A stretch of DNA of 63,804 nt, counting the filler, from Phoronis australis (Eukaryota; Animalia; Phoronida), in assembly GCA_002633005.1 (NCBI GenBank). It is 4 parts of 4 records of this genome, joined end to end, with 100 filler letters (N's around TTAATTAATTAA, not from the genome) between each part and the next. Parts side by side here need not be neighbours in the genome. Positions count along the whole stretch, not along the records: positions 1 to 23,792 come from NMRA01000928.1; 3 more parts are not named here. One strand, 5' to 3'. The position numbers were made by a program, and so were the translations under genes. Numbering within the stretch: position 1 is the first letter of the stretch; each line of letters begins with the position of its first letter. This document shows positions 1 through 12,600 of the stretch, piece by piece. The notes below the pieces were generated by a model. That model searched no databases. It saw only the letters and a program-made list of their open reading frames with translations, and was not told the DNA's origin.

Positions 1-468
1 CCCCCTCATTTTTTTCCAAGTAGGTTTACTTGGGGTTTACACACGCTGGTGGTGTCGTTTTTGTTTTGGTGACGACGTTTTTGTTTTTTTTTAATTTTGG
101 GTCCTGGCCCAAGGGGGGGTTTAAACCCCTGAACCCCCCCGTAGATCCGCCTCTGGGATAGTAGTAGAGTAGATGAGGGCGCCCTCGGACAGATTCGAAA
201 GATCGATCGATCTCGCTTCTGTCCTTGTTGTGGTTGGTGTGGACGTGGATCGAGCGGCAGAACCTGATGGGAAGGTGGTGGTGTACTTCTTCTTGTAGAG
301 ATGACACGCTGACTGGATGGCAACAGCATCATTGACTTCCAGGGTATGAAGCTGGCTTGATGGCAACAGTTTACATGTTCTTCCAGATTGTCTTAGTGCT
401 GCCCCGACGGGGAAGTATGACTCACATGAAGTCGGCTTAATGACAACAGCTGTAATGCTAGTCCTTGC

Positions 469-767
469 TTGTCTTTATACCGCCCCGTCGGGACAGCTAC
501 CAGTAGAGCAGGGCCCGAACCCTTGGTGCTCCTGGTACATGCTTGCCACTGGAATTCGGTTGTCTTTACACTTCCCCGTTGGGACAGTTACCAGTTGAGC
601 AGGGCCAGAACCCTTAGGTGCTCCTGGAATAGGCTTGTCACGGAAATGCGGCTTAGTGTGGCTTCGCGGAGTGACTGCAGCCTGTCGGAGACAGTCTGCA
701 TTCCGGCGAGCTCGTGAAGTGTGTGGGTTTGGGAATATCTAAAGGGTTTTAAATAAATAAATAAATA
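469..767 (+). repeat. Imperfect ~91-bp tandem duplication followed by an (AAAT)n tail; probable retroposon 3' end
   Basis: TTGTCTTTA...GGGACAG(C/T)TACCAG...GCAGGGCC...GGTGCTCCTGG starts at 469 and again at 560; AAATAAATAAATAAATA at ~751-767. Confidence 0.45.
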
Positions 768-3700
768 CACTGAAAAGGACTATGTTTCTGGTTTTTGTTT
801 ATTATGAATTTCTTTGTTATGCAAATTTCTTTTTTCAGAATTATTTCAAAATCTTTTGGAGCAAAAGAAACATTTTCACTAAGCCATAGTAATTCTTGAA
901 GTGTTTTATCATTTTCAAGGTACTAAGTTGCTCCCTTTTTAAAACACCACTTTTTCAGCTTAGCTTCAGGGGCAAAAATGTCCTGTCACAAGTTGAAAAA
1001 AAAACTAATTCGATGGCGAATTTTTGTTTTCTTGCTTGTGCAAAATAGAATAGTTTGTAGTTTGGTGTCAATCCTATCTTCTTAACCTACTTGTAAAAGA
1101 CTTTCTTGTTTTAGGAACACAGCAAGCTATGGTTTCCTACATATTATAATGTAATTGTTTACAATATGAAGACATTGACCAACAAACATGATTTTGGTAT
1201 CGTTCAACGTTATTTTTCCAAAAATGTATGAATGTTTCCCCTACCGCGTGTGCTCTGTAAATTATCCTGGAATTTCGGTTCGCACTATTTCCCGGTTGAC
1301 ACCACCATGTTAGCTAAACTCAAGATTACAGCGTCACCTGTTGTTAATGAATGAAACAGCATCATCGATTCTGAATGGTGTTTGCCTGCGCCGAAATTTC
1401 CACAAATTTTTTATGATTGTGACCATTTGACCATTTTACACGAAATTGTCGTGCCATGTCAAATAAGGAAATGTGTAAGAGAAAAAACGACTAAATGAGT
1501 AATTGACAGAAGGTTTTTTTGAAATTTGAAACTAAAAGAAAAATGATTAATATGTACTTTGACATGAACAGAAAATAAAATTCTTTACGAACAAACCGTT
1601 AAATTTCAAGGTGAACAGTTCGAACTCTGTTTCAGTTGTCGAGAACGACTTTGAATAATGTTATTTAATCTGCTTTTGTGTTCTATGCCAATTTATGGAA
1701 CAAAAATATGCTATAGTATTTATTGACAGGAATACTAACCAGTTGACATTCAGACCAGAAAATTATATGCCTGCTGGGGACTCTGGGGAAATTTCAACAT
1801 ACGTGATCAATAGGTGTTGTTCTTTAATTATGAAGTAAGCCAACATACCGTCCCATACATGTATTATTCTGTGCGCCATTCCAATAATAGCTTGATTGTG
1901 CCGGAGAGAATCAGTATAGGACTTCACTGGGAGGACAATAAATGGTTGCATTAAACATTTATACTTTTTTGGGGCAGTGAAAAAATCACAAACAATACAT
2001 TCAAAAGCTTTTGTAATGCAGTGGGGGTACGGTACCTGGACAAGGTAAGTCTGAACCATTGTGCGTGTTGGATCAGATCACAGGAATCGGATATCCACTG
2101 GGCCTCGCACACTTCAGGTAATTGAATAATATATAATGCGAGTTAACGCAAACGAATAGGGTGACCCGACAAAAAAAATGTTAGTAGTTTGCAGGTAATT
2201 AAAAGAATTCCTTTCCAAAGACCCAGTGTGAGATTTCTATGGCATGCATGTGGTACTGACAATAGGCCTGTAAATACAGCTGTAGGTTGTGTCCTTAGTG
2301 TGGCCATAGAACTCTGGAAATCCAACTTAGATCTCGCGGCCGCTGAGTTTGCGCACCGTATGCGTGAGAGTCGTTTGCATTCGTTTGTTCCAGTGTGTGC
2401 TTGCTATGGAATTTACTGTCATTAAAACGTTTCGTAACTCCAACGTTTTTCGACCGAATTGCATATCATTAGAAAGTCCATTGTCAGTTCTTGGTGAAGC
2501 ACAAGATAAACGATTAAATTCAAGGGTAATTATCATTTCACATACCTAAATGAATTAAAGTATTTTTTAATTTAAAACCCAAGAATGTAGCCAAAATGCG
2601 TGTAATAGTAACATAAACAGGAGATGAATCAGAGAGGTTACGTAAATGAATAGTTAAGCCATTAGGGATATAATTTCAATGATTCAAAGTATTTCTACCC
2701 TAGAAAAGACAATTAAAGTTAGAACATGGATCCCTTGCTGGGGATAACTAAGTCCGGCATTCATCCAAAACTACATTTTGTGCTGTTTAATACAATTACA
2801 TTCTTCCGTAAAAATTCATAATTCAATGGCATTTACGAAAACTGTGATAAACTACTCCAAGTACATATACGAAAGTTAGAAATATAGGTTTTCTGATACA
2901 TGAAAAATGGGCAAACATCTGTCCCTTAGCTTTGGCATGTACTGCGGAAAGCTCGTGCCATTGATTACTGTAGAAATTTCTATAAAAGTGGAGATATAAA
3001 CACTTCTTCTTCAGAAAGTAAAAGTTAGTGATTCTAATAAACTGTACATGTAGTATTGTCACCGTAAACCAGTGATTGGAACATATTTTCACAATTGTTT
3101 TGCTACTAAAGGAAGTGGACTCTGGAAACTAACAATAATCACCAAAAGAAACGATGTTATTTTGAACAGGACCACATGTTGCATAGTTGTCATGGACAAC
3201 ATTCAAGAAAACAGAAAAAAACAAGATTGAAAAGCGGGATCTCAAGATAAAAAGCGGGGCATTTGGGTCCAAGCCAAAACGTAAGTGCGATGATCATAGA
3301 CGTACCAACACCGTTTTTGTCGAACAGGACATGTAACATCCAAAAATGCCCTACATCGATTTTTTTATAGTTGCGTGGCTCCGCAAAAACCCATGAAACG
3401 TCCCCGTTTCTTCTTATTAGTCGAGCAGGAAAATGTGGCTATGTCGTGCGGGAAATTACGAAAGTGTATGATAATATGTCAAATTGGTCATGCGTCAAGA
3501 AGCGGGACATTTATATCTTGTGGCGGGATGGTGAAGAACAAATAGCTCACTTGCGAGTTTCTCGTTAGTCACTGTGACGTCACCGGAAAGGGGGCAAAAC
3601 CCGCCATATTGCTCTTGTTTTGCCCCGAGTCTTTGCTACAAACGCTAAAACTTACTGGAGTTCTTATGGTGAATTTTACGCTTAAAACGTTAAAATAACT

Positions 3701-4592
3701 TAAGATATGGTAGATGGGTCGTGGAATAACTGTGAATGGACGAAGAAAATGTGAACTTGTTATGTTGTGCGAAGCTGTGAACGGACTGAAATTGGAACTT
3801 AACCCGCTCTAGGCCTGAATGGCGCAGGCATACAGGGGCGATAGTGTATCCCCGTAAAAAGATATTCACTTCAAAATACAGGAAATAAAATAAAATGAAA
3901 CATGCATATCTGCACAGGAAGTCATAATTAACACATACCCTGACTCTGGACACAATTTAGTCTACAAATAACTTGAGCATATTCATGAAAACCTCGCGGT
4001 TCTCTCGAGTTTCTCTCACTAGCCGCCATTTTGAGGAGGTTACGTGAAATCACGCCTGTTGACGAACAAAAAGTGCAAGGGACACAAATCTTACAATTTT
4101 CACTTGATATTTTCTCATGCTATTTTGCAAGTGTCACGCGCCAGGTCACGCGCCAGATCTCGCGCTTCGCTCAGTCTCGCGCTAGCCTTTGCCTCATACT
4201 CACCTGACTCAGTTGAAATACTTAATTGTGGTTATCGCGCGCGCGGACAAAGTTAACAGTAACCACAAAGTGGAGTTGGAATTCTTCGCCAAAGTCACCT
4301 GAATTCCCATATATATGCTTCATCGAAGATATGTTTAGAAGCAGAAAGAGTCACTGAAGAAAGTAAGAGCCTTTTAGGTGCTAATTTCAGGTGTAGAATT
4401 TATTTTTGACGAGGTGAAAACTTTATCAGTGAGCGAATTTCGCCTACCGCCGTTTAAAATACACGGGACGAAATTAGTACAGAACGCGATAGAACGTATT
4501 GTAGTGCGAATCTGAAGTTCATTTGCCATAACANGGGAGAATGTCTTGTTGAAAATTCCTGGCATGTAGTTCAGATACTAGAAAGTGGTTAT

Positions 4593-4857
4593 CATGCGCG
4601 CACCCAGCCTTTAATATGGGGGGGGGGCTCGAATCTCTGACAAAGTGGACCTTTTGCTAACAAAAAAGCGGGAGGACTAAAAAAGAAAAAAACGGGTTCC
4701 AATTTCAGGTCTGTGAACTGTACGTCTGCGCCATTTTAGTGGACTTTTGTCTTGTTTTCTCGGACTTTTTGTTTCTCTGGGGCGGACCTTTTTTACCAAC
4801 TTCGCTTAATGGGGGAGGGGGATCGTTCGAGCCCGAGCCCCCTTGGGTGCGCGCATG
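4593..4857. mobile_element. MITE, family 1 (CATGCGCGCACCCA terminal inverted repeats, 5-bp TSD; hAT5-like)
   Basis: TIRs CATGCGCGCACCCAG / TTGGGTGCGCGCATG; GTTAT duplicated on both sides; related copies at 22941, 40873, 42364 and 53035. Confidence 0.85.
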
Positions 4858-5372
4858 GTTATACGAGTGGAGCTGAACAGATATCAGAGGCCATACAAGT
4901 CCCGGCATCCACCCGAGGCCACAGGTATGTGCTTATTAATAATTACTTGTGTAATTGTCTGACTAAATTTTCAGAGAAATCTCTTATTGTATGGAGCCTC
5001 AAGACTCTTGCTTGATGAACAACAACAACGTAATGAAAACAAAGAAATGGAATTAGGCTTGACTTAATGACTACAACTCTCTATCAAAACTCGAGCAGGC
5101 AGCCAGAAATTCTCAGTGCAAACTCTCGCGGCTCGCAAGCTCCAATAATATAATACGTAGGTCACGTGTGGGAGTCAGGCTCTGAGCCAAGTTTTGTAGG
5201 GCATCTACAAAATGCTTTTTGTGAGTACTTTAGGGGGCAATTTTATTTTGGCGTTTTTTTAAAAAACGTTCCCGCATAAAAAGTTGGACATTTTTGACGT
5301 AGAAAATAAATCTGAAACTAAATACGGCGATCCAGATCCTCCCAAGGATACTATTGTTTCACGAAATGAAAA

Positions 5373-5620
5373 AATATAAATAGGTAAATAAAACGACAAG
5401 AATGGATCAACTGAAATTTTCGGATACTATCACGTCCTTTGTCAACAGAAACAGAAATAAAGTAAAATCAAACACTATATGACATTACGCCATATCTTAA
5501 ATGTCAATTGTCATATAGTGTTTAATTTTACTTTATTTCTGTTTCTGTTGACAAAGGACGTTGTTATATCCGAAAATTTCAGTTGATCCATTCTTGTTGT
5601 TTTATTTACCTATTTATATT
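5373..5620. repeat. Long foldback inverted repeat (~113-bp arms, short loop); probable MITE
   Basis: AATATAAATAGGTAAATAAAAC...CTATATGACA is the near-perfect reverse complement of TGTCATATAG...GTTTTATTTACCTATTTATATT. Confidence 0.85.
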
Positions 5621-5741
5621 CGACATTTTTGAGAAATTTGTGTTTGAAGTTATGTAATAGTTACCAAAGACCTTAGTAAAAATAACACTCTCCCTCCCTT
5701 TTTAAAGCAAGTAATCAGGTCTCATCGATATAATTGTATTC

Positions 5742-7245
5742 AAGAACTAGAACGCAATTGCGTATGCGCACTTACAACTCTGCGCATGGTGTATGTATGC
5801 GCATAGTGAAGTATAGGGGCGTTACATTGCATAGAAGTTGCATCCTTTGTGTGAAAGAGAGAGATGTCCCTGGTAACTATGAAAGAGCAAGAGTGAAAAG
5901 TAAGAATATCAACGGAAAACTGCACCTAATGACCACACAGTTGCACCTAATGTCCCCAATATTTATGACTGAATTTTGTTTACGAATGAAAACTATACAC
6001 GTAATTATGCGAGGTTTAGCTCAAAAATCACTTTTGCACTTAATGACCTTTGACCCGGAAACTCGGTACCCTTGATCCGATTTCAATGCCACGTAAATTT
6101 CGGATGCAGATCTGTAGTGCCTGCTTGTAACCAAAATTCGGATAGTCTATCCATAAACCTTGACCTATTTCGGGTCAATCCGGTGCATTTTGAGTCACAT
6201 CCATGTGATCAATATAATTTAATCGGCAATCGGTTTAACCACCATGAATATAAATGCTTTCCCTAATGCATCATTTACATGTAAGTACAAGCTAATTGAA
6301 TATGTCTTAAATTTAACAGAAAACTGTACTTAATGACCCCAAATTTGCACCTAGTAAACCCAAAGTTTGTAACTGAACTTCCTTTATGAATGGTAACCAT
6401 ATGCATGATTATGAAAGATCTAGCTCAAAAATCACTTTTGCACTTAATGACCTTTGACCCGGAAACTGGGTCCCTTGATCCGATTGGAAATCCAAGTAAA
6501 TTTCGGATGCAGATCTCTAATGCCTATTTAACAAAATTCGAAGAGTCTATCTCAAAAACTGTAGAAGAAGAAGCATTTTGACAAAATGCACTCCTTGACC
6601 CGTTTCAGATCATCCTAGAGCATTTGGGTCAAAAATATAATCAATATAAATCCCTTAACTATCATATCAATCACAGTGAATATTATTGTTCTAAATGAAT
6701 GAATGTAATAGTAATAACAATATGAAAAGGAAGGAAGAAGAAGAATAAGAACTAGAACGCAATTGCGTATGCGCACTTACAACTCCAAAAATTCCATGTA
6801 AGTTGTGAGTGCTCTTATATGGCACCAAGCTGTTCACGAAATTTAAAAGGCAATCTCAAAAATCGCAGAAGGAGAAGCACTTCAAAGAATTATACTGGTT
6901 GACCCTCTTGCGGACCCATAGTGCATTTTGGGTCATACACGTAATGTCAGTAGAATTTGATCGGCAATTGGTTGAACCACCATGAATTTGAACGCTGTTC
7001 CTAATGCATCATTTAAGTACAAGCTGATTAAAATAGTCTTAAGTTTTACTCAAAACTGCACTTAATGACTATACAGTTGCACCTAGTGACCCCAAAGTTT
7101 GTGACTAAACTTCCTTTATGAATGGCAATCATATGCATGATTATGAAACCTCAAGCTCAAAAATCACTTTTGCACCTAATGACCTTTAACCCGGAAACTC
7201 GGTTCCTTTGATCCGCTTGGAATTCCAAGTAAATTTGGGATGCAA
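5742..7245. mobile_element. Tandemly repeated Helitron/Helentron-like non-autonomous element
   Basis: The 39-bp head AAGAACTAGAACGCAATTGCGTATGCGCACTTACAACTC occurs at 5742 and 6747. Three internal units contain AGCTCAAAAATCACTTTTGCAC..AATGACCTTT(G/A)ACCCGGAAACT at ~6020, ~6422 and ~7155. The class assignment is inference. Confidence 0.5.
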
Positions 7246-9743
7246 TGGTCTCTTTACTGTAACTGCTGGTGTCTTGAAACGTTGGTATGCGTTTTTTATG
7301 CCTTTTTATTTTTTGTTGTGACGAATAGTCTTATATAGGAGTATAGCAGGACATGTTATATAGGCCAGTTGGACAAAGGAACTGTTTTCTTGCACAAACA
7401 TTTGTGACACATGCTTTTTCGTCTATACTGATCCACAGATGCGCACAGTCCATGAGATTTTGTCATAATGCTTATCTAAGCTTCTTCAAGTTCTGGTTAT
7501 TACAATTTAGTGCTGTTTGATTAACCTTGAATCACCCTCCATTGGAGCTGCCATATTTAAGTTACTAAGCCCAACAATACAATATGGCCCTCTAATTGGT
7601 CAATTTAATAGAAAAGCGCCACCAAGTGGCAGGAAAGTGCATACTATTTCTTGCAACAAGACACCTTTTTAAAAAAATTGCACGTGTAGACGTGGGAACT
7701 TTTTGGAATTCGAATTATAAATCTTTTTTCTAGTCACATAGAAAATTTACTTTGCAAACCCAAACTACACGCAACAATGAATGCTATTAGATTTGGCCCA
7801 CCACCTAAGTTGGCATTACGTTCCTAGAGTTCTGTTGTCTGACACAGCCGCGTACGCTTATACTGTATATATGTAGATTGACCCTGAATGACATGTGGCT
7901 AGGAGTGGCCCGGACTTTCTTCATGTGTAATTATGAAACTTGCATAATAAATTTGGTCTCCAGTTTGCCAACGTTCTCCAGTACTCTCCGTGTGGTAGGC
8001 CTACTCGCCATGCACTTGCCTACTTATCAAGCCACTATCAAGGTAAACAATTATTAAGGTTAGACAAACCCATTCAACTTCGCCCCCCCTCCTGTCGACC
8101 CCATGCTATAAATAGCTATAAAGTTTGAAGTTTCGTCGTGGGACCAGGAACGTGCACTGCCTTTGGGACTGTTTTGCTATCACTTGTAAAAACACGGGAA
8201 TCTCACTTTCATATTGCTTGGGACAAGTGGTACAGTGTACACAGGGTGTCCAAATAATGTACTAACAATCTCAGCTCCCTTAAATCAGATTCTGCTCCCA
8301 AGCCTACTGCATAGTAGTTTTTGAAATTGGGTGCGTGAGCCGTCACATACTCTGTATGCACGTGCATGTCAAGCAAACAATCCGATTTAGGATAACGAAT
8401 ATTGAAATTATGCAATACTACAGCAAACAAAATTAATCTTCCTAAGTTAATGGGAAATGTGTTTTATTAGATTTAAACATGTGTTTGCATGCTCTTAACT
8501 ATCGGCGCTATTCAACGTAATCTACGGTAAACAAAGTGCGTTGTTTTCATTGACAGTTTGTAAAAGTGAAACCAAAAAAGTCAGCCAATGGGTGCTTTGC
8601 AATAACCTCGTGGGCTCACACAGCCGCATCGTAGCATCACGTCATGACACATGTACTTACTGGGCACAATTCAATGATTTGCGGTGGATTATTTTGCCCC
8701 ACTAAACTGGTTCTTAGAAATATTTGGCAATTTTTTTCTACTTTATTTTCAAACCGTCGCTATATGTCGTGTTTGTAACTAATTTGGCCAAGCAATAACA
8801 TAGATGAGTAATTAAACTGCAGATTCCACGTCAAAGAACATCAATAAACAGTGCATTTGTTGCCATTTGAATTGTGAGTATATTTTTAAACACCCTGCAG
8901 AACTGTGCAATTTTCATCAATATGTTTTAGAGATATCTGAGGTTGGCAAAGTAGTCTAATATAATTGCTATTTGGGGATCGACTGATAGAGATTTTTCCC
9001 AAAGTCAGCCTGCAACTAAGTTTACTGAAGCGTCAACTGTTCTTACAACATTAGCTTCTAATTGTCAAAAATCATGTATGAAGCAGTACGTTTTCGTAGA
9101 TAATCGTGTTAATCAGAAACCAACTAATTCGCTGTTTCACAGTACATAATATATAAGCAATTTCCGAAGACATGCTCGCACATTCCTAACGGGCACCGGG
9201 GAAACCGCGGCAGGCGGGGTATCCATTCTTGGGTCCCACCCTGACCCTGTATTTTGTGGCATTTTAAAGGTAGCTTTTTAAGCTCATATGTTAAGCTTGA
9301 CCTCCAAAAATCGTTGAAATCTTTGTTAATATGGCAACTGACTTTATGTGCAGTGCTTTGAGTATATTTATTCGATTGACTTGTATGTTGTACATGTCAA
9401 AAACTCGTACCTCGTCAGTCTTTTTGACTTGTGCGAATTTCTTAGAAACAACTCCTAGTATAGACCTTCAAAAGAAACGATATTCCTATAAAACACTATC
9501 AAAAATTCTCTTTATATTATTCACAAATAGTGTTCTCCAAATTTTTCAATCTTTTGGCCTTTCCAAACTGGTCTATCCTATAAATGCAATCATTTTTGTT
9601 TTGGCGCGCCGAAATTCTCGATACGTCGTGCTTTCCACGAATTTGTTTTGTGAGTTTTCGATGGATTTGGAATCTTATCGAATTCCCTTTGTAAACAGAC
9701 TGAGAAAAGAGGTCCTTAACTCTATCACTATACAATATGAAAA

Positions 9744-9786
9744 TGTGTGTGTGTGTGCACGCGCGTGCGTGTGTGTGTGCGTGTGT
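9744..9786. repeat. (GT)n microsatellite, interrupted
   Basis: Direct reading of the sequence. Confidence 0.9.
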
Positions 9787-9789
9787 TAG

Positions 9790-10513
9790 AGGGGGCCCAT
9801 CCCTGTGTGCCATGGTTCTATGCATCGGACGGGTTCTATGTGTCCTGGGCTCTGTGTGCGTGGGTGTGGTAATTGTGATTGTCCTCCCTGTGAAAATTTG
9901 GATGACGTATGGCAATTTATTATGAAACCTGCACACACTCCCTGTGTTTATGTATTTTTGGCTAAAGATATCGTTTGTCACTTGAACCTAACGTTGAATG
10001 ACCTTGTGTCAAAAATTAATTGGGGTCTTTGGTGAATAAAAGAATCAACCCCGAAGATCTCTAAATTCTGTCAAGTGGTTCCAAAGATATGCCTGCATGT
10101 ACATGTATTTTATGCTATTAGGCCCAATTTTGATCTATGTGTGTATGTAAATCATATTAAATGAGGTCGAATTTTTGCCCTATATCAGTATCGAAAAGGC
10201 ACCTCAAAATTGTCATGTGTACCTAAACTGGCGATTGTAGCTAACGCTTGCACACACGACCGCTTAGCGACTGGACTATAACGGGACATATAGATCCTGG
10301 GGCAAATGTAACCCGGGACACATGGAAGCGGGAACACATACATGTAGATCCTTCGACCACATAGAACCTGGGATCACTTTGAACCTGGGACTCATAGAAC
10401 CCGATATCAATAAAACGGGACATACAGTACAGCACCTGTGACACATAGAATCCGGGACAAAAAGAACCTGAGGCGTATACAATGTAGAAACTTGGACACA
10501 ATGCTACGCTCCC
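9790..10513. mobile_element. Degenerate non-autonomous DNA transposon with inverted subterminal ~20-25-bp repeats
   Basis: GGTTCTATGTGTCCTGGG-type repeats on the left (9800-9860) face ACC(C/T)GGGACACATAGAA-type repeats on the right (10280-10500). Confidence 0.4.
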
Positions 10514-11559
10514 ATTTAGAGGTAGGACGTTGCTTAGTTCGCTTTGTTCCTCACATGTTCTGGTGTGTAGCTCACCAATATCGCACCCCTCAATGACAGT
10601 GTTAGCTTTCTTTTGCCCCTTGTTCCCTTTCTAAACACCTTTTAGCCAATCGGCCACATATTTTGGTTCTATCAAAACTAGGAACGCCTCATATGGCGTC
10701 ATTATCAGCCACGTCCAGCCGTTTTCACGATCGTGGGTCAGTTATGTTATCATCATTCTCCCTGCTGCTGTAGTCATTAAATACTAATGTGGTTCTAAAG
10801 TTCCCCTGAGTTACACTTGGTAAACTCTAGATTTAATTCTAGCACTGTTGATCCGACTTCCTTGCAGGCTGTTAGTCTATTTTTTCGCCTGAAGGTACAT
10901 TTGACAACTATAGCAATTATACACAGCTGACTATGCAATCATTAATGTGTTTTTATCCAAATCAATTTCTGGTGACTACTCCGTTTTTGTTGATGGTGGT
11001 CATGTGTTTGGATTTCCCGTTAAATGTGGCTTGTTATGCATTATATATTCGAGATGGTATCTTTATGTCTATGCGTTTATGTATTCATTGACCAAAGATG
11101 CTGCGAGGATCTTATGCTATATTGTTACGAGATGTGTTTTTGTTATAGGTCCTATCGTAGCGCTGGTACGGTACATGCATTGATTCTGCATTATACTTGC
11201 TCTGTTGGAATTGCCAGTGGTAACTGATATGGCGTTTTGCAGCGTCTCGTGTGAGTGAGAATCACAGGGTTTTGGAAGAGTTAACATCGGATAATATGAC
11301 TTCCACTATGTAACCTGGAAGGATATTCATGATCAACTTTTTAAGACCACAAATATGTCTTCGACTTCAGAGTTCCTTATGATGTGGTGACGTTGAGTCT
11401 AACCAACACATACAACATTTTCTTCAACAATATAAAGAGCAGCAAATGAATCAGCCTTTTCAGAATTGAGATTTTTAAACGATCTGTAGTCAGTCTCAAT
11501 TATGCAAGTGCAGCAAAATGTGAGTCCGGTAATTTGACGACAGACAGTTTGAAGTATGA

Positions 11560-12150
11560 TATATTCCAGAGTACACGATTGCCTTTCACACCAACCTGGG
11601 TAGGAGCACCTTCGTGTTTCTGGACTAAGCTTCAGGATTTGACGTTGTATCTCATGACTTGCTATTAATTAAATTAAAATCTTACGAAATTACCGGCTCT
11701 TTGCTCAGCTTGTTCAGATCTTATCTTCTCTGTCGCTTCATTAGAGTAAGTGAGAATACACAGTGCATTGTCTAGTGAAATCCCTCTGGGTGCCTCAAGG
11801 TAGTGTTTATGCCCACGTTCATCCCTCATTTTCATAAATGATATACCGGACTCACTTCTCTGTAAGTGTTATTTGAATGCAGACGATACTTCTATCTTCT
11901 GTTTATTATTCAAGGACAAGCCGTAATCTGTCCGACTCCAAACTGATCTTAATTTGCCCCATGGATGGTTTGTGATTTGGGGTACGACTTTCAAACCAGA
12001 AAAATGTAATGATGTAACATTCTCATCTCTTACAAAGTTAATTTATCGATATTAACTCGTTTATTGCTTAATAATAATCTAAGTCCTGCAACAAAAGTTC
12101 TCACCGTCATCTTGAAGTAATTCTTGATAATAAATTGACATTCCTCAAAT
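11560..12150 (+). mobile_element. Decayed CR1/L2-group LINE reverse transcriptase fragment
   Basis: Translates to FVFLD*ASGFDVVSHDLLLIKLKSYEITGSLLSLFRSYL, GVPQGSV, IFIND, ADDT, LQTDLN and WGTTFKPEKC, with stops and frameshifts. Confidence 0.8.
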
Positions 12151-12179
12151 AATTTTACCCAACATGTCCAGGTCTGTCA

Positions 12180-12600
12180 TAAATTAATTACTAGTTGGTG
12201 ACGACGTTGTGTCGGACAAAAGTAAAGTAGCAAATACATTTAATGACTTTTTACCGGCACTGGCAAAAGTTGAACGACAATTCAATATGTCAACTATTGA
12301 GCACTCTCTCAAGGTACACGAGGAACTATCATTTAAGTTTCAGAATATTCAATTTGACTACGTCAGAGAACAAACAAAAATTCTAAAATGAAATTGTGCC
12401 AGTAGCATAGAAAGCATTGGTGCCAAACTATCAAAACTGGCTTTTCAGCAAATAGCTGAGCCTGGCCCTTATCCGCATAGTGAATTTGAGTTTAGAACGG
12501 TTACAATTCCTAATGAATGGAGGATGGCAGTCGTTACTCCTGTTTTTAAAGACGGTGACAAATTAGTCCATTACCGAGAATTATAGACCAATTGCACGTC
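12180..12600 (+). mobile_element. Second LINE ORF2 fragment (pre-RT region)
   Basis: SDKSKVANTFNDF...IPNEWRMAVVTPVFKDGDK...NYRPI motif. Confidence 0.75.

Noticed and set aside
1730-2050. Possible exon ending at AAG|GTAAGT (~2044)
   Set aside because: No convincing acceptor, open frame or recognisable protein motif.
4260-4570. Coding-like stretch (VLISGVEFIFDEVKTLSVSEFRLPPFKIHG)
   Set aside because: Interrupted by stops and not assignable to any family by eye.
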